A DNA stretch of 64,000 nt from Candidatus Multivoradales bacterium. Its GTDB lineage: Bacteria > Acidobacteriota > Thermoanaerobaculia > Multivoradales > JAHEKO01. Made by a program: the position numbers and the translations under genes. Location of the stretch: positions 1,120,001 to 1,184,000 of the forward strand of contig CBDCXM010000009.1 in assembly GCA_965223855.1 (NCBI GenBank), in the 5' to 3' direction. The notes under the pieces are model-generated. The model did not search any database and had not been told where the DNA came from. It saw only the letters and a list, made by a program, of their open reading frames with translations. Shown here one piece after another: positions 9,718-18,665 of this stretch (within the stretch, counting starts at the first letter, position 1; each line of letters begins with the position of its first letter).

Positions 9718-10632
9718 TCATTCGAAGGTGTCGCAGGTGTCGCTGTCGCCGGTCTCGAGCCCGCGACGCAGCCAGGCGACACGCTGCTCCGACGAACCGT
9801 GCGTCCACGACTCCGGCCGCACGTAGCCGGTGGTGTTGCGCTGGATCGAGTCGTCGCCGATCGCCGAGGCGGCGCGCAGCCCCTCTTCGACGTCTCCCGG
9901 CTCGAGCAGCTGCCGGTCGCGATGCGCGTGGTGGGCCCAGACGCCGGCGAGGCAGTCGGCCTGGAGCTCCATCTTGACCGACAGCTGGTTGCCCTGCGAG
10001 CGCGACATCCGAGAGCGTGCGCGTTGCACCTGCTCGCTGATGCCGAGCAGGTTCTGGACGTGATGGCCGACTTCGTGGGCGATCACGTAGGCCTGAGCGA
10101 AGTCTCCCGGTGCGCCGAAGCGGCGCTCGAGCTGGTTGAAGAACGACAGGTCGATGTAGATCTTGCGGTCGGCCGGGCAGTAGAACGGCCCGGTGGCGGC
10201 GGAGGTGAAGCCGCAGGCGGAGCGAACGGCATTCGAGAACAGCACCAGAGTCGGCTCCTCGTAGCGGTAGCCGGCCTTGGCGAACTCCCGGCCCCAGGTG
10301 GTCTCGGTGTCGGCGAGGACGACTCCGGCGAACTGCCCGAGCTCGTCGCTCAGGCCGCCCCGTGGCGCTCCCGAATCGGTGCGGGGAGCGGGGGTCGGCT
10401 GGGGAGACGGAGCGCGCTCGGTCGAGACCTGGGTCTGCTGGAGCACGTCGAACAACTGCTGCGGATCGGCCCCGAAGAGGAGCAGCAGGATGCCGATCAG
10501 GAGCAGTCCGCCGCAGCCGCATCCCATCGGCTTGCCGCCGCGCATCATCGGCCCCACGCCGCCGCCGAAACCTCCACCGCGTCCTCGCCGGTCCTCGACG
10601 TTGGTGCTGACCTTGCGTCCTCTCCAGCGCAT
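9718..10632 (-). CDS. Neutral zinc metallopeptidase, YpfJ family
   Basis: MRWRGR..STNVEDRRG, GPFYCPAD, GDFAQAYVIAHEVGHHVQ, ELQADC, THGSSEQR. Confidence 0.95.
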   Translation of the reverse strand: MRWRGRKVSTNVEDRRGRGGGFGGGVGPMMRGGKPMGCGCGGLLLIGILLLLFGADPQQLFDVLQQTQVSTERAPSPQPTPAPRTDSGAPRGGLSDELGQFAGVVLADTETTWGREFAKAGYRYEEPTLVLFSNAVRSACGFTSAATGPFYCPADRKIYIDLSFFNQLERRFGAPGDFAQAYVIAHEVGHHVQNLLGISEQVQRARSRMSRSQGNQLSVKMELQADCLAGVWAHHAHRDRQLLEPGDVEEGLRAASAIGDDSIQRNTTGYVRPESWTHGSSEQRVAWLRRGLETGDSDTCDTFE

Positions 10633-10779
10633 CCCGAATCCTCCAGAGAAAGAGCGACGAGTCTATCGCGCCGTCTGTCGACCGCCCCTGTTGTCCGCCA
10701 CCGGGGGCACCGGAGACGCCAATCGAGGGCGTGTGAGGTTCAACGCGCTGGAGCGGCGCGTTGCGAGCATTGGATCGCG

Positions 10780-11220
10780 TCAGTGGGGGGAGCGATCGGC
10801 CCAGAGAACTCCCAGCAACGAGCCGACGGCGAAAGCGGCCGCGATCCACCCTAGCGGCCGGGGCTCGCCGAGCGAGGCCTGCGGATCGTAGGGGAGGTCC
10901 TCGACCACCGACGGCATGATCCATTGATAGCCGATTCGTGGATGGGTTTCGATGAAGCGGGGAGCCGAGGCGTCGTCTCCCAGCACCCTTCTGAGCTCAC
11001 GGATCGCCATGGTGATCCCGCGATCGAACTCGACGTGGACGTCCTCCGGCCAGAGGGTTTCGCGAATGTCGTCGCGGGTCAGCACCAGCCCGGGATGACG
11101 GACGAACAGCTCCAGCAGACGGTAGGACTGGGGCATGCAGGGCACGACCTCGCCGTCGTGCTCGAGGGAGTAGGGAGCGGTCTGGAAGCGAAAGCCGTCG
11201 AATTCGTAAAGGGCGCGCAT
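10780..11220 (-). CDS. Minimal CadC/ToxR-like regulator (winged helix plus one C-terminal TM)
   Basis: YEFDGF, LW..DVHVEFDRGI..AIRELRRVLGDDASAPRFIETHPRIGY; terminal hydrophobic helix; AAGGAG RBS. Confidence 0.85.
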   Translation of the reverse strand: MRALYEFDGFRFQTAPYSLEHDGEVVPCMPQSYRLLELFVRHPGLVLTRDDIRETLWPEDVHVEFDRGITMAIRELRRVLGDDASAPRFIETHPRIGYQWIMPSVVEDLPYDPQASLGEPRPLGWIAAAFAVGSLLGVLWADRSPH

Positions 11221-11289
11221 GAGTCTCCTTCCGATCCCTCCTCCCAACCCTGGTCGCAAGTTTCGTGCCTGAGCAGGGTCGACCCCCGG

Positions 11290-11328
11290 AAAGAAGAAGC
11301 GGCCGCCGGGGGAAGCCCCGACGGCCGT
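11290..11328 (-). terminator. Rho-independent terminator of the TonB receptor gene
   Basis: Minus strand reads ACGGCCGTCGGGG-CTTC-CCCCGGCGGCCGC followed by TTCTTCTTT. Confidence 0.75.
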
Positions 11329-11383
11329 TCACAAACTGACGCTGGAGGATGTGGGATTTGTAAGCGTCAGCTGTTGGTGAGGG

Positions 11384-14335
11384 CTACCTCCAGTTCACCC
11401 GAACACCGATGCGGTAGATGCGCGGCGACAGCGACTCCGTCAGGAAGTCGGCCGTCGAGGCATCGAGGCGCCGGCGGCGCTGCAGCACGGTGGTCTCGTC
11501 GAACACGTTGAAGATGTCCAGCGAGGTCGAGAACCCGACGTTGCCCGTCGATGCGAACTCCTTCTCGAGTCGCAGATCGAAGGTGGTGATGTCGGGAGCG
11601 CGGAACGAGTCGATCGCGGAGGTGACCTGGACGTTGCGGCTCACGCCGTCGGCGGGCCTCACGTTGTCGAAGTAGGGCAGCGGAGTGCCCTCACGACTGT
11701 AGAGGTTGCCTGCGACGTTGAAGCCCCACGGCTGGTCGGGAGCGATCTGGTACATCCCGTTGAGGTTGAACTGGAAGCCGCTCTCGAGGAACACGTCCTG
11801 CTTGGCACCGGAACCGGCAGCCTGGACGGCGAAGAGTCCGCCGTCGTCGTCGGCCCCACCCTCGATGTTGGTGGGATCGTGGTCGGCGCGGTACTGGGAA
11901 CCGATGTTGTAGGTGCCCTCACCGGAGGTGAAGTACCCACGGAGCATCCACTGGTTGGAGAGACGCTTCGTGAAGTTCACGGAGACGCCCTCGTAGTCGA
12001 TGCTGCGATCGGTGTTCTCGAGGTAGGTGCCGCCCGTCCGGACTCCGGAAGGCAGCGAGTAGTAGGGAACGCTGTACGGCGTGCCGTCGGGGAGAGTCCC
12101 CTCGAGCGTGCCGGCGAGCACGTAGTCGGAGGCGACCGAGGGTCGCGGACCGTCGCCGAAGTCGACCATCTGGCGGGCCGTAGCGGCGCTCGACAGAATG
12201 TCTTCGGTCTCACGCAGGGTGAGCGTGGCACCTGCCACGAACTCCGGCATGAAGGCGTGCTCGACGCCGACGATGAGCTCGGACACCATCGACGGATCGA
12301 GGTTCGGATCCGTGACGTTGGGACTCACGAGCGACGTCGGGTTGTTCGGGTCGAAACCCGCGGCGGCATCGAAGACGAACGGCTCTTCCATGCCGTTCCA
12401 GATGTTGTCGCCGTTGAGGTCGGTGAAGGCGAAGGTCGCGTAGGCGTTGCCGAGCGCGTTGGTGCGACCGATGTTGCCGGTTTGCAGCTGCTCGGGGAAC
12501 TGCGAGAAGCTGCCTCGCAGCAGCGTCTTGCGGTCCTCGCCGAGGGCGTAGGTGACGCCGACGCGCGGCGTGACCGTCTCCCACTCGAAAGGAGCCTGCT
12601 CACCGTTGAACGAGAGCGCCGGAAGGACGTCCGGGAACACCGGATGCGCGTCGACCGTGGCGGCGGAGTTCTCGCCACCCTGGAGGTCGTAGCGCAGGCC
12701 GACGTTGACCGTCAGGTTGCCGGTGCTGATGGTGTCCTGAACCCACGCCGACTCGTAGGTCTGCGCGACCGGCGGGCCGTTGATGCCGCGACGTGCGACG
12801 AAGAGCGGCTCACCGAAGAAGTTCTCGTTCAGGTGGAAGATGTCGCGGCCGGGCCACACGAAGACGCTGGTGCGCTCGAACTCGCGATTGCGGGCGCCGA
12901 ACTTGATCTCGTGCGCGGCGCCACCGGTGTTGAAGAAGTAGGAACCGTCGATCTTGACTTCCTCGGACGGGCGGCTGGAGCCACCGGAGAGGTAGCTGCT
13001 GCCCCAGCCCTCGGCGGCCCAGGTCGTCTCCGGCGCCGCTGTGACCGAACCGGCGGCGATGACCGCCTTCGAGGTCAGCGAGAAGCCGCCATCGACCTTC
13101 GAGGCCGTACCGCCGATGAAGAAGTTGGAGTTCACGACGTGCGTGTCCTCGAGCTTCATGATGGCGGTCGGTCCGCGCTGGTCCCACGTCGTCGGCTGCG
13201 GCCGCGTCGGTCCGGCGTTGCGGCCGAACTTCTGCTTGTTGCCGTCGTTCCACGACCCGGTGAAGGAGTTCGACGAGCCGAGCTGAGCGTTCACCTTGAG
13301 CGCGGTGTTCTCCAGGATGGTGTCGTCGGACTGGACAGCATCCGGAGTAGCGCCGCCGGTGCGGTTCTTGATGTCGTTCGAACCGAACGACCCCCAGAAC
13401 CACAGCTTGTCCTTGATGGCCGGGCCACCGGCCTCGAAGCCGTACTCCTGGACCTGGTTGATGGTGTTGCCGATGAAGCGCTCCTGACCGTCACCGAGAA
13501 TGCCGCTCGACTGGTCGAAGTCCGGCACGTTCTGCTCCAGAGCACCGTTGAAGAAGTTGTCATCGGTGCGCAGGAACCGGGCGCTGCCACGGAACTCGTT
13601 GGTGCCACGCTTGGTGACGAGGTTCACGGAGACGCCGGCGTTCGACTTGGTGACGTCGGTGCCGCCGGTCGTGAACTGCATCTCGGTGAACTGGTCGAAG
13701 TCCCAGTAGCCGGGCGAGGCGCCCACGGCGGCCATGTCGGTCGTCTCGACACCGTCGACGAGGAACGCGTTCTCGTCGTCGGAGACGCCGGGACCGGTGA
13801 AGGTGGACTGCTGCCCACTCTCGTTACCGCCGACGTTGATGCGATCGACCATGACGCCCGGGGTCTGTGAAAGAAGCGACCACGGGTCGCGGGCGGTCGG
13901 GATCTTCTCGAGCTCGACCTGAGAGATCGAGGTGCCGGTCGTGAGCTTGCGCTCGTCGAGGAGCGGGCTCTCCGAGGTGACGGTGATCGTCTCCTCGACG
14001 GCCGGAGCCATCGACAGCTCGATCGTCGTGTTGAGGCCGACGCGGATGCTGACGCTCGGATACTCGATGGTGCTGAAGCTGTCGAGCTCAGCGTTGAGAC
14101 TCACGGTTCCCGGGTCGATCCCGAGAAAGCGTGTCTGCCCCTGAGCGTTGGTGACCTGAACGCGCGGGGCTCCCGCGCCTTCCATCGTCACCGTCACGCC
14201 GGGCAGCGGGTTCCCCTCGTTGTCGATGGTGACGACGAAGAGATTACCCGTGGCCGCCTGCGCGGACGCCATCGAGACGCTGCCGAGCAGCAAGGCGAAG
14301 CCTACGGCCAGGATTTGCCATCTGCTGTGTCGCAT
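11384..14335 (-). CDS. Oar-like TonB-dependent receptor with N-terminal carboxypeptidase-regulatory-like domain
   Basis: Signal peptide, LPGVTVT, ETITVT, plug (PTARDPW...PGV), VTKRGTNEFRGS, NVGLRYD, C-terminal GVRVNWR. Confidence 0.92.
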   Translation of the reverse strand: MRHSRWQILAVGFALLLGSVSMASAQAATGNLFVVTIDNEGNPLPGVTVTMEGAGAPRVQVTNAQGQTRFLGIDPGTVSLNAELDSFSTIEYPSVSIRVGLNTTIELSMAPAVEETITVTSESPLLDERKLTTGTSISQVELEKIPTARDPWSLLSQTPGVMVDRINVGGNESGQQSTFTGPGVSDDENAFLVDGVETTDMAAVGASPGYWDFDQFTEMQFTTGGTDVTKSNAGVSVNLVTKRGTNEFRGSARFLRTDDNFFNGALEQNVPDFDQSSGILGDGQERFIGNTINQVQEYGFEAGGPAIKDKLWFWGSFGSNDIKNRTGGATPDAVQSDDTILENTALKVNAQLGSSNSFTGSWNDGNKQKFGRNAGPTRPQPTTWDQRGPTAIMKLEDTHVVNSNFFIGGTASKVDGGFSLTSKAVIAAGSVTAAPETTWAAEGWGSSYLSGGSSRPSEEVKIDGSYFFNTGGAAHEIKFGARNREFERTSVFVWPGRDIFHLNENFFGEPLFVARRGINGPPVAQTYESAWVQDTISTGNLTVNVGLRYDLQGGENSAATVDAHPVFPDVLPALSFNGEQAPFEWETVTPRVGVTYALGEDRKTLLRGSFSQFPEQLQTGNIGRTNALGNAYATFAFTDLNGDNIWNGMEEPFVFDAAAGFDPNNPTSLVSPNVTDPNLDPSMVSELIVGVEHAFMPEFVAGATLTLRETEDILSSAATARQMVDFGDGPRPSVASDYVLAGTLEGTLPDGTPYSVPYYSLPSGVRTGGTYLENTDRSIDYEGVSVNFTKRLSNQWMLRGYFTSGEGTYNIGSQYRADHDPTNIEGGADDDGGLFAVQAAGSGAKQDVFLESGFQFNLNGMYQIAPDQPWGFNVAGNLYSREGTPLPYFDNVRPADGVSRNVQVTSAIDSFRAPDITTFDLRLEKEFASTGNVGFSTSLDIFNVFDETTVLQRRRRLDASTADFLTESLSPRIYRIGVRVNWR

Positions 14336-14344
14336 GTATGGACT

Positions 14345-14442
14345 CTCCCTTGTACTTTGGTTGTCGTGCCCGACCCGTCTCGCGAGGACGCTCCCCGGGA
14401 GTCTCCGGGTCGATGGGCACGACGGTCACAAGTGCAAGGGGA
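14345..14442. promoter_or_regulatory. About 100-nt imperfect inverted repeat covering the receptor RBS
   Basis: CCCTTGTACTTTGGTTGTCGTGCCCGACCCG pairs with CGGGTCGATGGGCACGACGGTCACAAGTGCAAGGG. Confidence 0.65.
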
Positions 14443-14469
14443 TCGCCACGGAGCCCCTCTTCGCGGCCG

Positions 14470-14518
14470 CTCTGACCGGACTTGACCCTCTCTGACACCA
14501 ATGGGAGCCGCTCTGACG
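14470..14518 (-). promoter_or_regulatory. Phased GTCA(GAG) direct repeats, putative winged-helix binding site
   Basis: TGAC on the + strand at 14473, 14483, 14493 and 14514 (periods 10, 10, 21). Confidence 0.5.
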
Positions 14519-14686
14519 CGGTTGGCAGCGGAACTGGTGCCCGCAGCGGTGCCGGTCACGGGCGGCTGGGGTGCTTCGAGGAGCCGGAAGCTCCGGCGTC
14601 TTCAAGCCGTTGGACGCGCAATCCAACACCGCGTCCGGCATGCCGGGTGTGGGGGCTCCCGCGGGGAGCCTGCGGTCCCGAGCCGA

Positions 14687-15757
14687 TCAGCCGTCGTGAT
14701 CGACGGTGATCTTCGAGACGCCAGGCAGCGACTCGATGTAGGCGGCGCCGAACGCGAGCGAAGGCGTCTTCGCCCCCGGCTCGACCTCTCCGGCGGCGAC
14801 CCGGCGCGCCGCATCGACCGAAGCCGCAGCGGTGAAGGTGTAACCCTCGGGCACGTCGAAGGTCGCCGTCGCTCCGCGCCGGCGGGCGTTCTCGGCACGA
14901 CCCCAGAGGTAGACCCGGGCCTTGCTGCGGGCTTCGGGGCCCGGCCCGTCGACGCGGCGGCCGATCCACCACTGCAGGCACCGCTTGACCGGCGTCCAGC
15001 CGATCAGATGACGCATCGTCCGCATCCGTGCCGCCCGCTTCGCTCCGCGCGGCGAGATGCCAGTGTAGACCTTGATGTTGGGAATCCCGGTCGAGTAGTA
15101 GGCCGTCGACACGTCGCCCCACGGGATGGTGGCGGTCCATCTCGGGCCGCAGGTGAACTCGATCTCGCGTTGCTCGGCGACCAGCGGGATCGACTCGATC
15201 CTGCCGTCGCGACGCACGGCTCCCTGGGCGGGCAGGCGCTCGATCATCGACTTCATCGTCCCGGCGCTGACACCGCCGCCGTCGGTGAAGAAGGCGAGCT
15301 CGAGCGACATCGCCCGCGGCACCTCCATCGACAGTCTTGCCGCGAGGCAGTCGGTCGGGACGACGTCGAAACCCACGCCCGGCAGCAGCACCGCGTGAGC
15401 CGTCCGGGCGGCCGAATCGCGATTGAGCACCGCCTCGAAGACGTCGATCTCGCCGGTGATGTCGAGATAGTGCGTTCCGGTGGCGAGGCAGGCATCGACC
15501 ATCGGCCGGCTGGTCCACGCGAACGGTCCCGCGCAGTGGAGGACGGCGACGACGTCGATCAGCGCCCGCCGCAGTCCGTCTCGGTCGTCGAGCGACACGA
15601 CCCGTGCCTCGCAGTCGAGTTCGCGGGCGAGTGCCTCGACCTTCTCGCGGTTGCGGCCGGCGAGGATCGGCCGCTCGCCGCGCTCGCACGCCTCACGAGC
15701 CGCCAGCGTCCCCGTGTACCCGGTGGCGCCGTAGATCATCCACTGAGGGCTCGGCAT
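14687..15757 (-). CDS. Saccharopine dehydrogenase-like / trans-acting enoyl reductase family oxidoreductase
   Basis: IYGATGYTG, LAGRN, HCAGPF, YLDITGE, GVGFDVVPTD. Confidence 0.9.
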   Translation of the reverse strand: MPSPQWMIYGATGYTGTLAAREACERGERPILAGRNREKVEALARELDCEARVVSLDDRDGLRRALIDVVAVLHCAGPFAWTSRPMVDACLATGTHYLDITGEIDVFEAVLNRDSAARTAHAVLLPGVGFDVVPTDCLAARLSMEVPRAMSLELAFFTDGGGVSAGTMKSMIERLPAQGAVRRDGRIESIPLVAEQREIEFTCGPRWTATIPWGDVSTAYYSTGIPNIKVYTGISPRGAKRAARMRTMRHLIGWTPVKRCLQWWIGRRVDGPGPEARSKARVYLWGRAENARRRGATATFDVPEGYTFTAAASVDAARRVAAGEVEPGAKTPSLAFGAAYIESLPGVSKITVDHDG

Positions 15758-15853
15758 CGGGCGATTGTACTCACGGCCCGGACTCCCGTCTGTCATGCGT
15801 CCCGCCTGCTCCGTAAAGCGCCGCCGGCCTTCGCTCGTTTAGACTGAGTCGCC

Positions 15854-17533
15854 ATGATGCGGTTGCGGGTCTTCCCGGCCCAGGGAGAGAACTTCGAGGT
15901 GGTGCTGGACGAGGTCGCCGGCGAGCGGATTCTCGGCCGAGCGTCCGACTGCGACGTCACGATTCCCGACCGCTACCTGTCGCGGCGCCACGCGAAGCTC
16001 TTCGCCCGCGACGGCCGCTGGTGGATCGAGGATCTGGGCTCGCGCAACGGCACCAGCCGCAACGGCAGACGGCTGACCGGCGCCGAGCCGCTCGAGCCGG
16101 GGGACGAGATCGTCGTCAGCGGCAGCTCGCTCACCGTGGGCGGCGGGAGCGAGCGCCCGACGGCGTCGCATGCCGTCTCCCGCGGCCATACGATCTCCAA
16201 CGACTACACGGTCTTTCGCGACGCCTCCGAGGTGCTCGAAAGCCACGCGTCGCTGCCGGAAGCTGACCTGGCGTCGATGCCCGAGCTGCGGACCTACGCC
16301 TCGCGTCTGCAGATTCTCAACCAGGTCCATCAGCTCGTCGCCAACGCCGACACCTTCGAGGAGTTGCTGACGACACTGCTCGAACAGGCGTTCGAGCTCC
16401 TCACCCCCGAGGAGGCCGTCGTCGTCCTGCGCCAGGCGGACGGAGGCTACGAGCCGGCGGCGAGGAAGACCGCAACGGCGGGCGACGAGGAACACCCGGT
16501 CTCGGCGACCCTCGTGCGGGAGGTCGCCGAAAAGGGGATGTCCGCCCTGGTGCTCGACGCCGCCGAGGACGAACGCTTCGCCGAGGCCGAGAGCATCATG
16601 ATGACGGGGATGCGCAGTCTCATCGCAGCACCGCTGACCGACACCGACGGTCCGCTGGGGCTCGTCGCGCTCTCGGCGCGGCTCGAGGAGCGGCAGTTCA
16701 CGGAAGAAGACATGGAGCTGCTCACGTCGCTGGCAGCGGTGGCGGCCCTGAGGATGCGCAACCTCGCTCTGGCGGCCGAGGCGGAGGAACGACGTCGGCT
16801 CGAGCGTGAAGTCGAGCTCGCGCGGCAGATTCAGCTCGGCCTGCTCCCGACGACCCTGCCGGACCTCGGCGCCTTCGAAGTGAGGGGGGGGACGGTCCCG
16901 TCTCAGGGTGTGTCGGGCGACTTCTACGAGGTCATCGACCACGGTGACGGCGGTGCCACACTCGCCGTCGTCGACGTTTCGGGCAAGGGGATCTCGGCCT
17001 CGCTGCTGACGGCCTCGCTCGAAGCGCTCTTCGCCGGCGCGCTCGAGAGCGAGCGGGCACCGGCGCGCGTTTGCGCCGGCGTCTCGCGCCAGCTCTTTAC
17101 CCGCACCCCGCCGGCCAAGTACGCGACCGCGCTGCTGGCGAAGCTCGATCTCGCGAGCGGAGAGCTGCGGTGGACCAACGCCGGCCACAATCCCGGTCTG
17201 GTGGTGCGCTCCGACGGCGCGGTCGAGGAGCTGGGGACGACCGGCCCGCCGCTGGGGCTGCTCGAGACGGCCGACTTCGCGGACGACGCGGTGGGCCTCG
17301 AACCGGGGGATCTGGCGGTGCTCTACACGGACGGCATCACGGAGGCCGAGAATCCCGACGAGGAGGAGTTCGGTCTCGAGCGGTTGCGCGAGACCTGCCG
17401 CGAGCATCGAACGGCCTCGCTGGAGGAAATCGCACGCGCGGTGGACGAAGCGGTGACCGCGTTCGTGGGCGACGTCCCCTTCGCCGACGACCGGACCTTG
17501 GTACTGTTGAGGCGGCGCGCCGAGACCGGCTGA
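15854..17533 (+). CDS. FHA-GAF-SpoIIE (PP2C) protein phosphatase
   Basis: FHA (LGR, SRRHA, DLGSRNGT), central GAF, PP2C (SGDFY, DVSGKG, NAGH, YTDG, DDRT). Confidence 0.93.
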   Translation: MMRLRVFPAQGENFEVVLDEVAGERILGRASDCDVTIPDRYLSRRHAKLFARDGRWWIEDLGSRNGTSRNGRRLTGAEPLEPGDEIVVSGSSLTVGGGSERPTASHAVSRGHTISNDYTVFRDASEVLESHASLPEADLASMPELRTYASRLQILNQVHQLVANADTFEELLTTLLEQAFELLTPEEAVVVLRQADGGYEPAARKTATAGDEEHPVSATLVREVAEKGMSALVLDAAEDERFAEAESIMMTGMRSLIAAPLTDTDGPLGLVALSARLEERQFTEEDMELLTSLAAVAALRMRNLALAAEAEERRRLEREVELARQIQLGLLPTTLPDLGAFEVRGGTVPSQGVSGDFYEVIDHGDGGATLAVVDVSGKGISASLLTASLEALFAGALESERAPARVCAGVSRQLFTRTPPAKYATALLAKLDLASGELRWTNAGHNPGLVVRSDGAVEELGTTGPPLGLLETADFADDAVGLEPGDLAVLYTDGITEAENPDEEEFGLERLRETCREHRTASLEEIARAVDEAVTAFVGDVPFADDRTLVLLRRRAETG

Positions 17534-17578
17534 CCCGTCGAGATCGGTTGAACCAGGCGCGCCGAGAGACATCGACCG

Positions 17579-18061
17579 ATGGACGTTCTCCCCAAGACGC
17601 TCAAGCAGCTTGCCGACCGCGGGGTGAACTACTGTCGCCAGGGTGACTGGGACACCGGGATGGCCTGTCTCGCCAGAGTCGCCGAGGTCGACAACGGCGG
17701 CCTCGAGCTGCCGTCGCTCTTCTATTCCTACCTCGGCTTCGGGATCGCCTATCGTGAGCGCCGGATCCGCGAAGGGCTCGACCTGTGCCGCCACGCCTGC
17801 CGCATCAGCTTCTACGAGCCGGACAACTTCGTGAACCTCGCGCGGACGGCGCTGCTGGCCGGCCATCGCCGTGAGGCCTACAAGGCGATCCAGCGCGGCT
17901 ACGCTCTCGATCCGTCGAGCAACGCTCTCAAGAAGCTCCACAGCAAGCTCGGCTTCCGGAAAGACCCGGTGCTGCGCTTCCTGGCACGTGACAACCCGAT
18001 CAACCGCTTCCTCGGTCGCATGCGGCACGGCATGCGCCGAGGGTCGTCACCGGCTGTCTGA
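17579..18061 (+). CDS. Small TPR protein
   Basis: Helical repeats; SYLGFGIA...LC..A...FYEPD.FVNLAR; C-terminal FLARDNPINRFLG. Confidence 0.75.
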   Translation: MDVLPKTLKQLADRGVNYCRQGDWDTGMACLARVAEVDNGGLELPSLFYSYLGFGIAYRERRIREGLDLCRHACRISFYEPDNFVNLARTALLAGHRREAYKAIQRGYALDPSSNALKKLHSKLGFRKDPVLRFLARDNPINRFLGRMRHGMRRGSSPAV

Positions 18062-18083
18062 GCCGGTTGGCAGAGTCGGTCCG

Positions 18084-18665
18084 ATGATCGAGTCCTTCGG
18101 TCTCGCCCCGCCTTCGTCCAGGGACGAGGCCCTCGATGCGCTCTCGATCCTCGCCGGGCGGATCGACGAGCTCTATGCCGGCATGCCGATCGAGGAGTTC
18201 CGAGCCCCCCAGGGAGAGCACTGGTCGCCGGAGGGGCATCTGCGGCATCTCGTCAAGAGTGTTCGCGCGGTGAGTTCCGGCTTCTCCAGATCGCGCTGGA
18301 TCCTGCTCTTCTTCGGCCTCTCGCTACGCGGATCCCGATCCTACGGAGCGCTCCTGGCGACCTACCATCAGGCGCTCGCCGACGGTGCTCAGGCGGGTCG
18401 CTACGCTCCGTCGGACCGCGCGATCGACCTCGAGCCGGAGACGTGGCGTGAGCTGCTTCTCGAACGCTGGCGCGAGGCGGGCCGGACCCTCGCCGGAGGC
18501 GCGACGAGGTGGAGCGAGTCGGCGCTCGACAGATATCGCCTTCCCCATCCCGTGCTCGGCAAGCTGACGCTGCTCGAGATGCTGTACTTCACCCTGCTGC
18601 ACAACGCCCATCACGCGGCGCGGGTGACGGAGCGTCGTGGAGGAGACGTGGGAGCGACCGCGTGA
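18084..18665 (+). CDS. DinB-family protein
   Basis: WS....RHL, LPHPVLGKLTL.EMLYF...HNAHH. Confidence 0.85.
   Translation: MIESFGLAPPSSRDEALDALSILAGRIDELYAGMPIEEFRAPQGEHWSPEGHLRHLVKSVRAVSSGFSRSRWILLFFGLSLRGSRSYGALLATYHQALADGAQAGRYAPSDRAIDLEPETWRELLLERWREAGRTLAGGATRWSESALDRYRLPHPVLGKLTLLEMLYFTLLHNAHHAARVTERRGGDVGATA

Noticed and set aside
14345-14442. 6S RNA
   Set aside because: The rod is only about 100 nt, has no large central bubble and is not linked to the cyclo-ligase gene.
14526-14544. Minus-strand GG-N10-GC (GGGCACCAGTTCCGCT) as a sigma54 promoter
   Set aside because: Lacks TGG and TTGC; expected by chance at this GC.
14527-14556. Cobalamin riboswitch-like words (GGAACTGGTG, CCCGCAGCGGT)
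   Set aside because: On the wrong strand for the receptor, and the intervening AAtCC hairpin and B12 box are missing.
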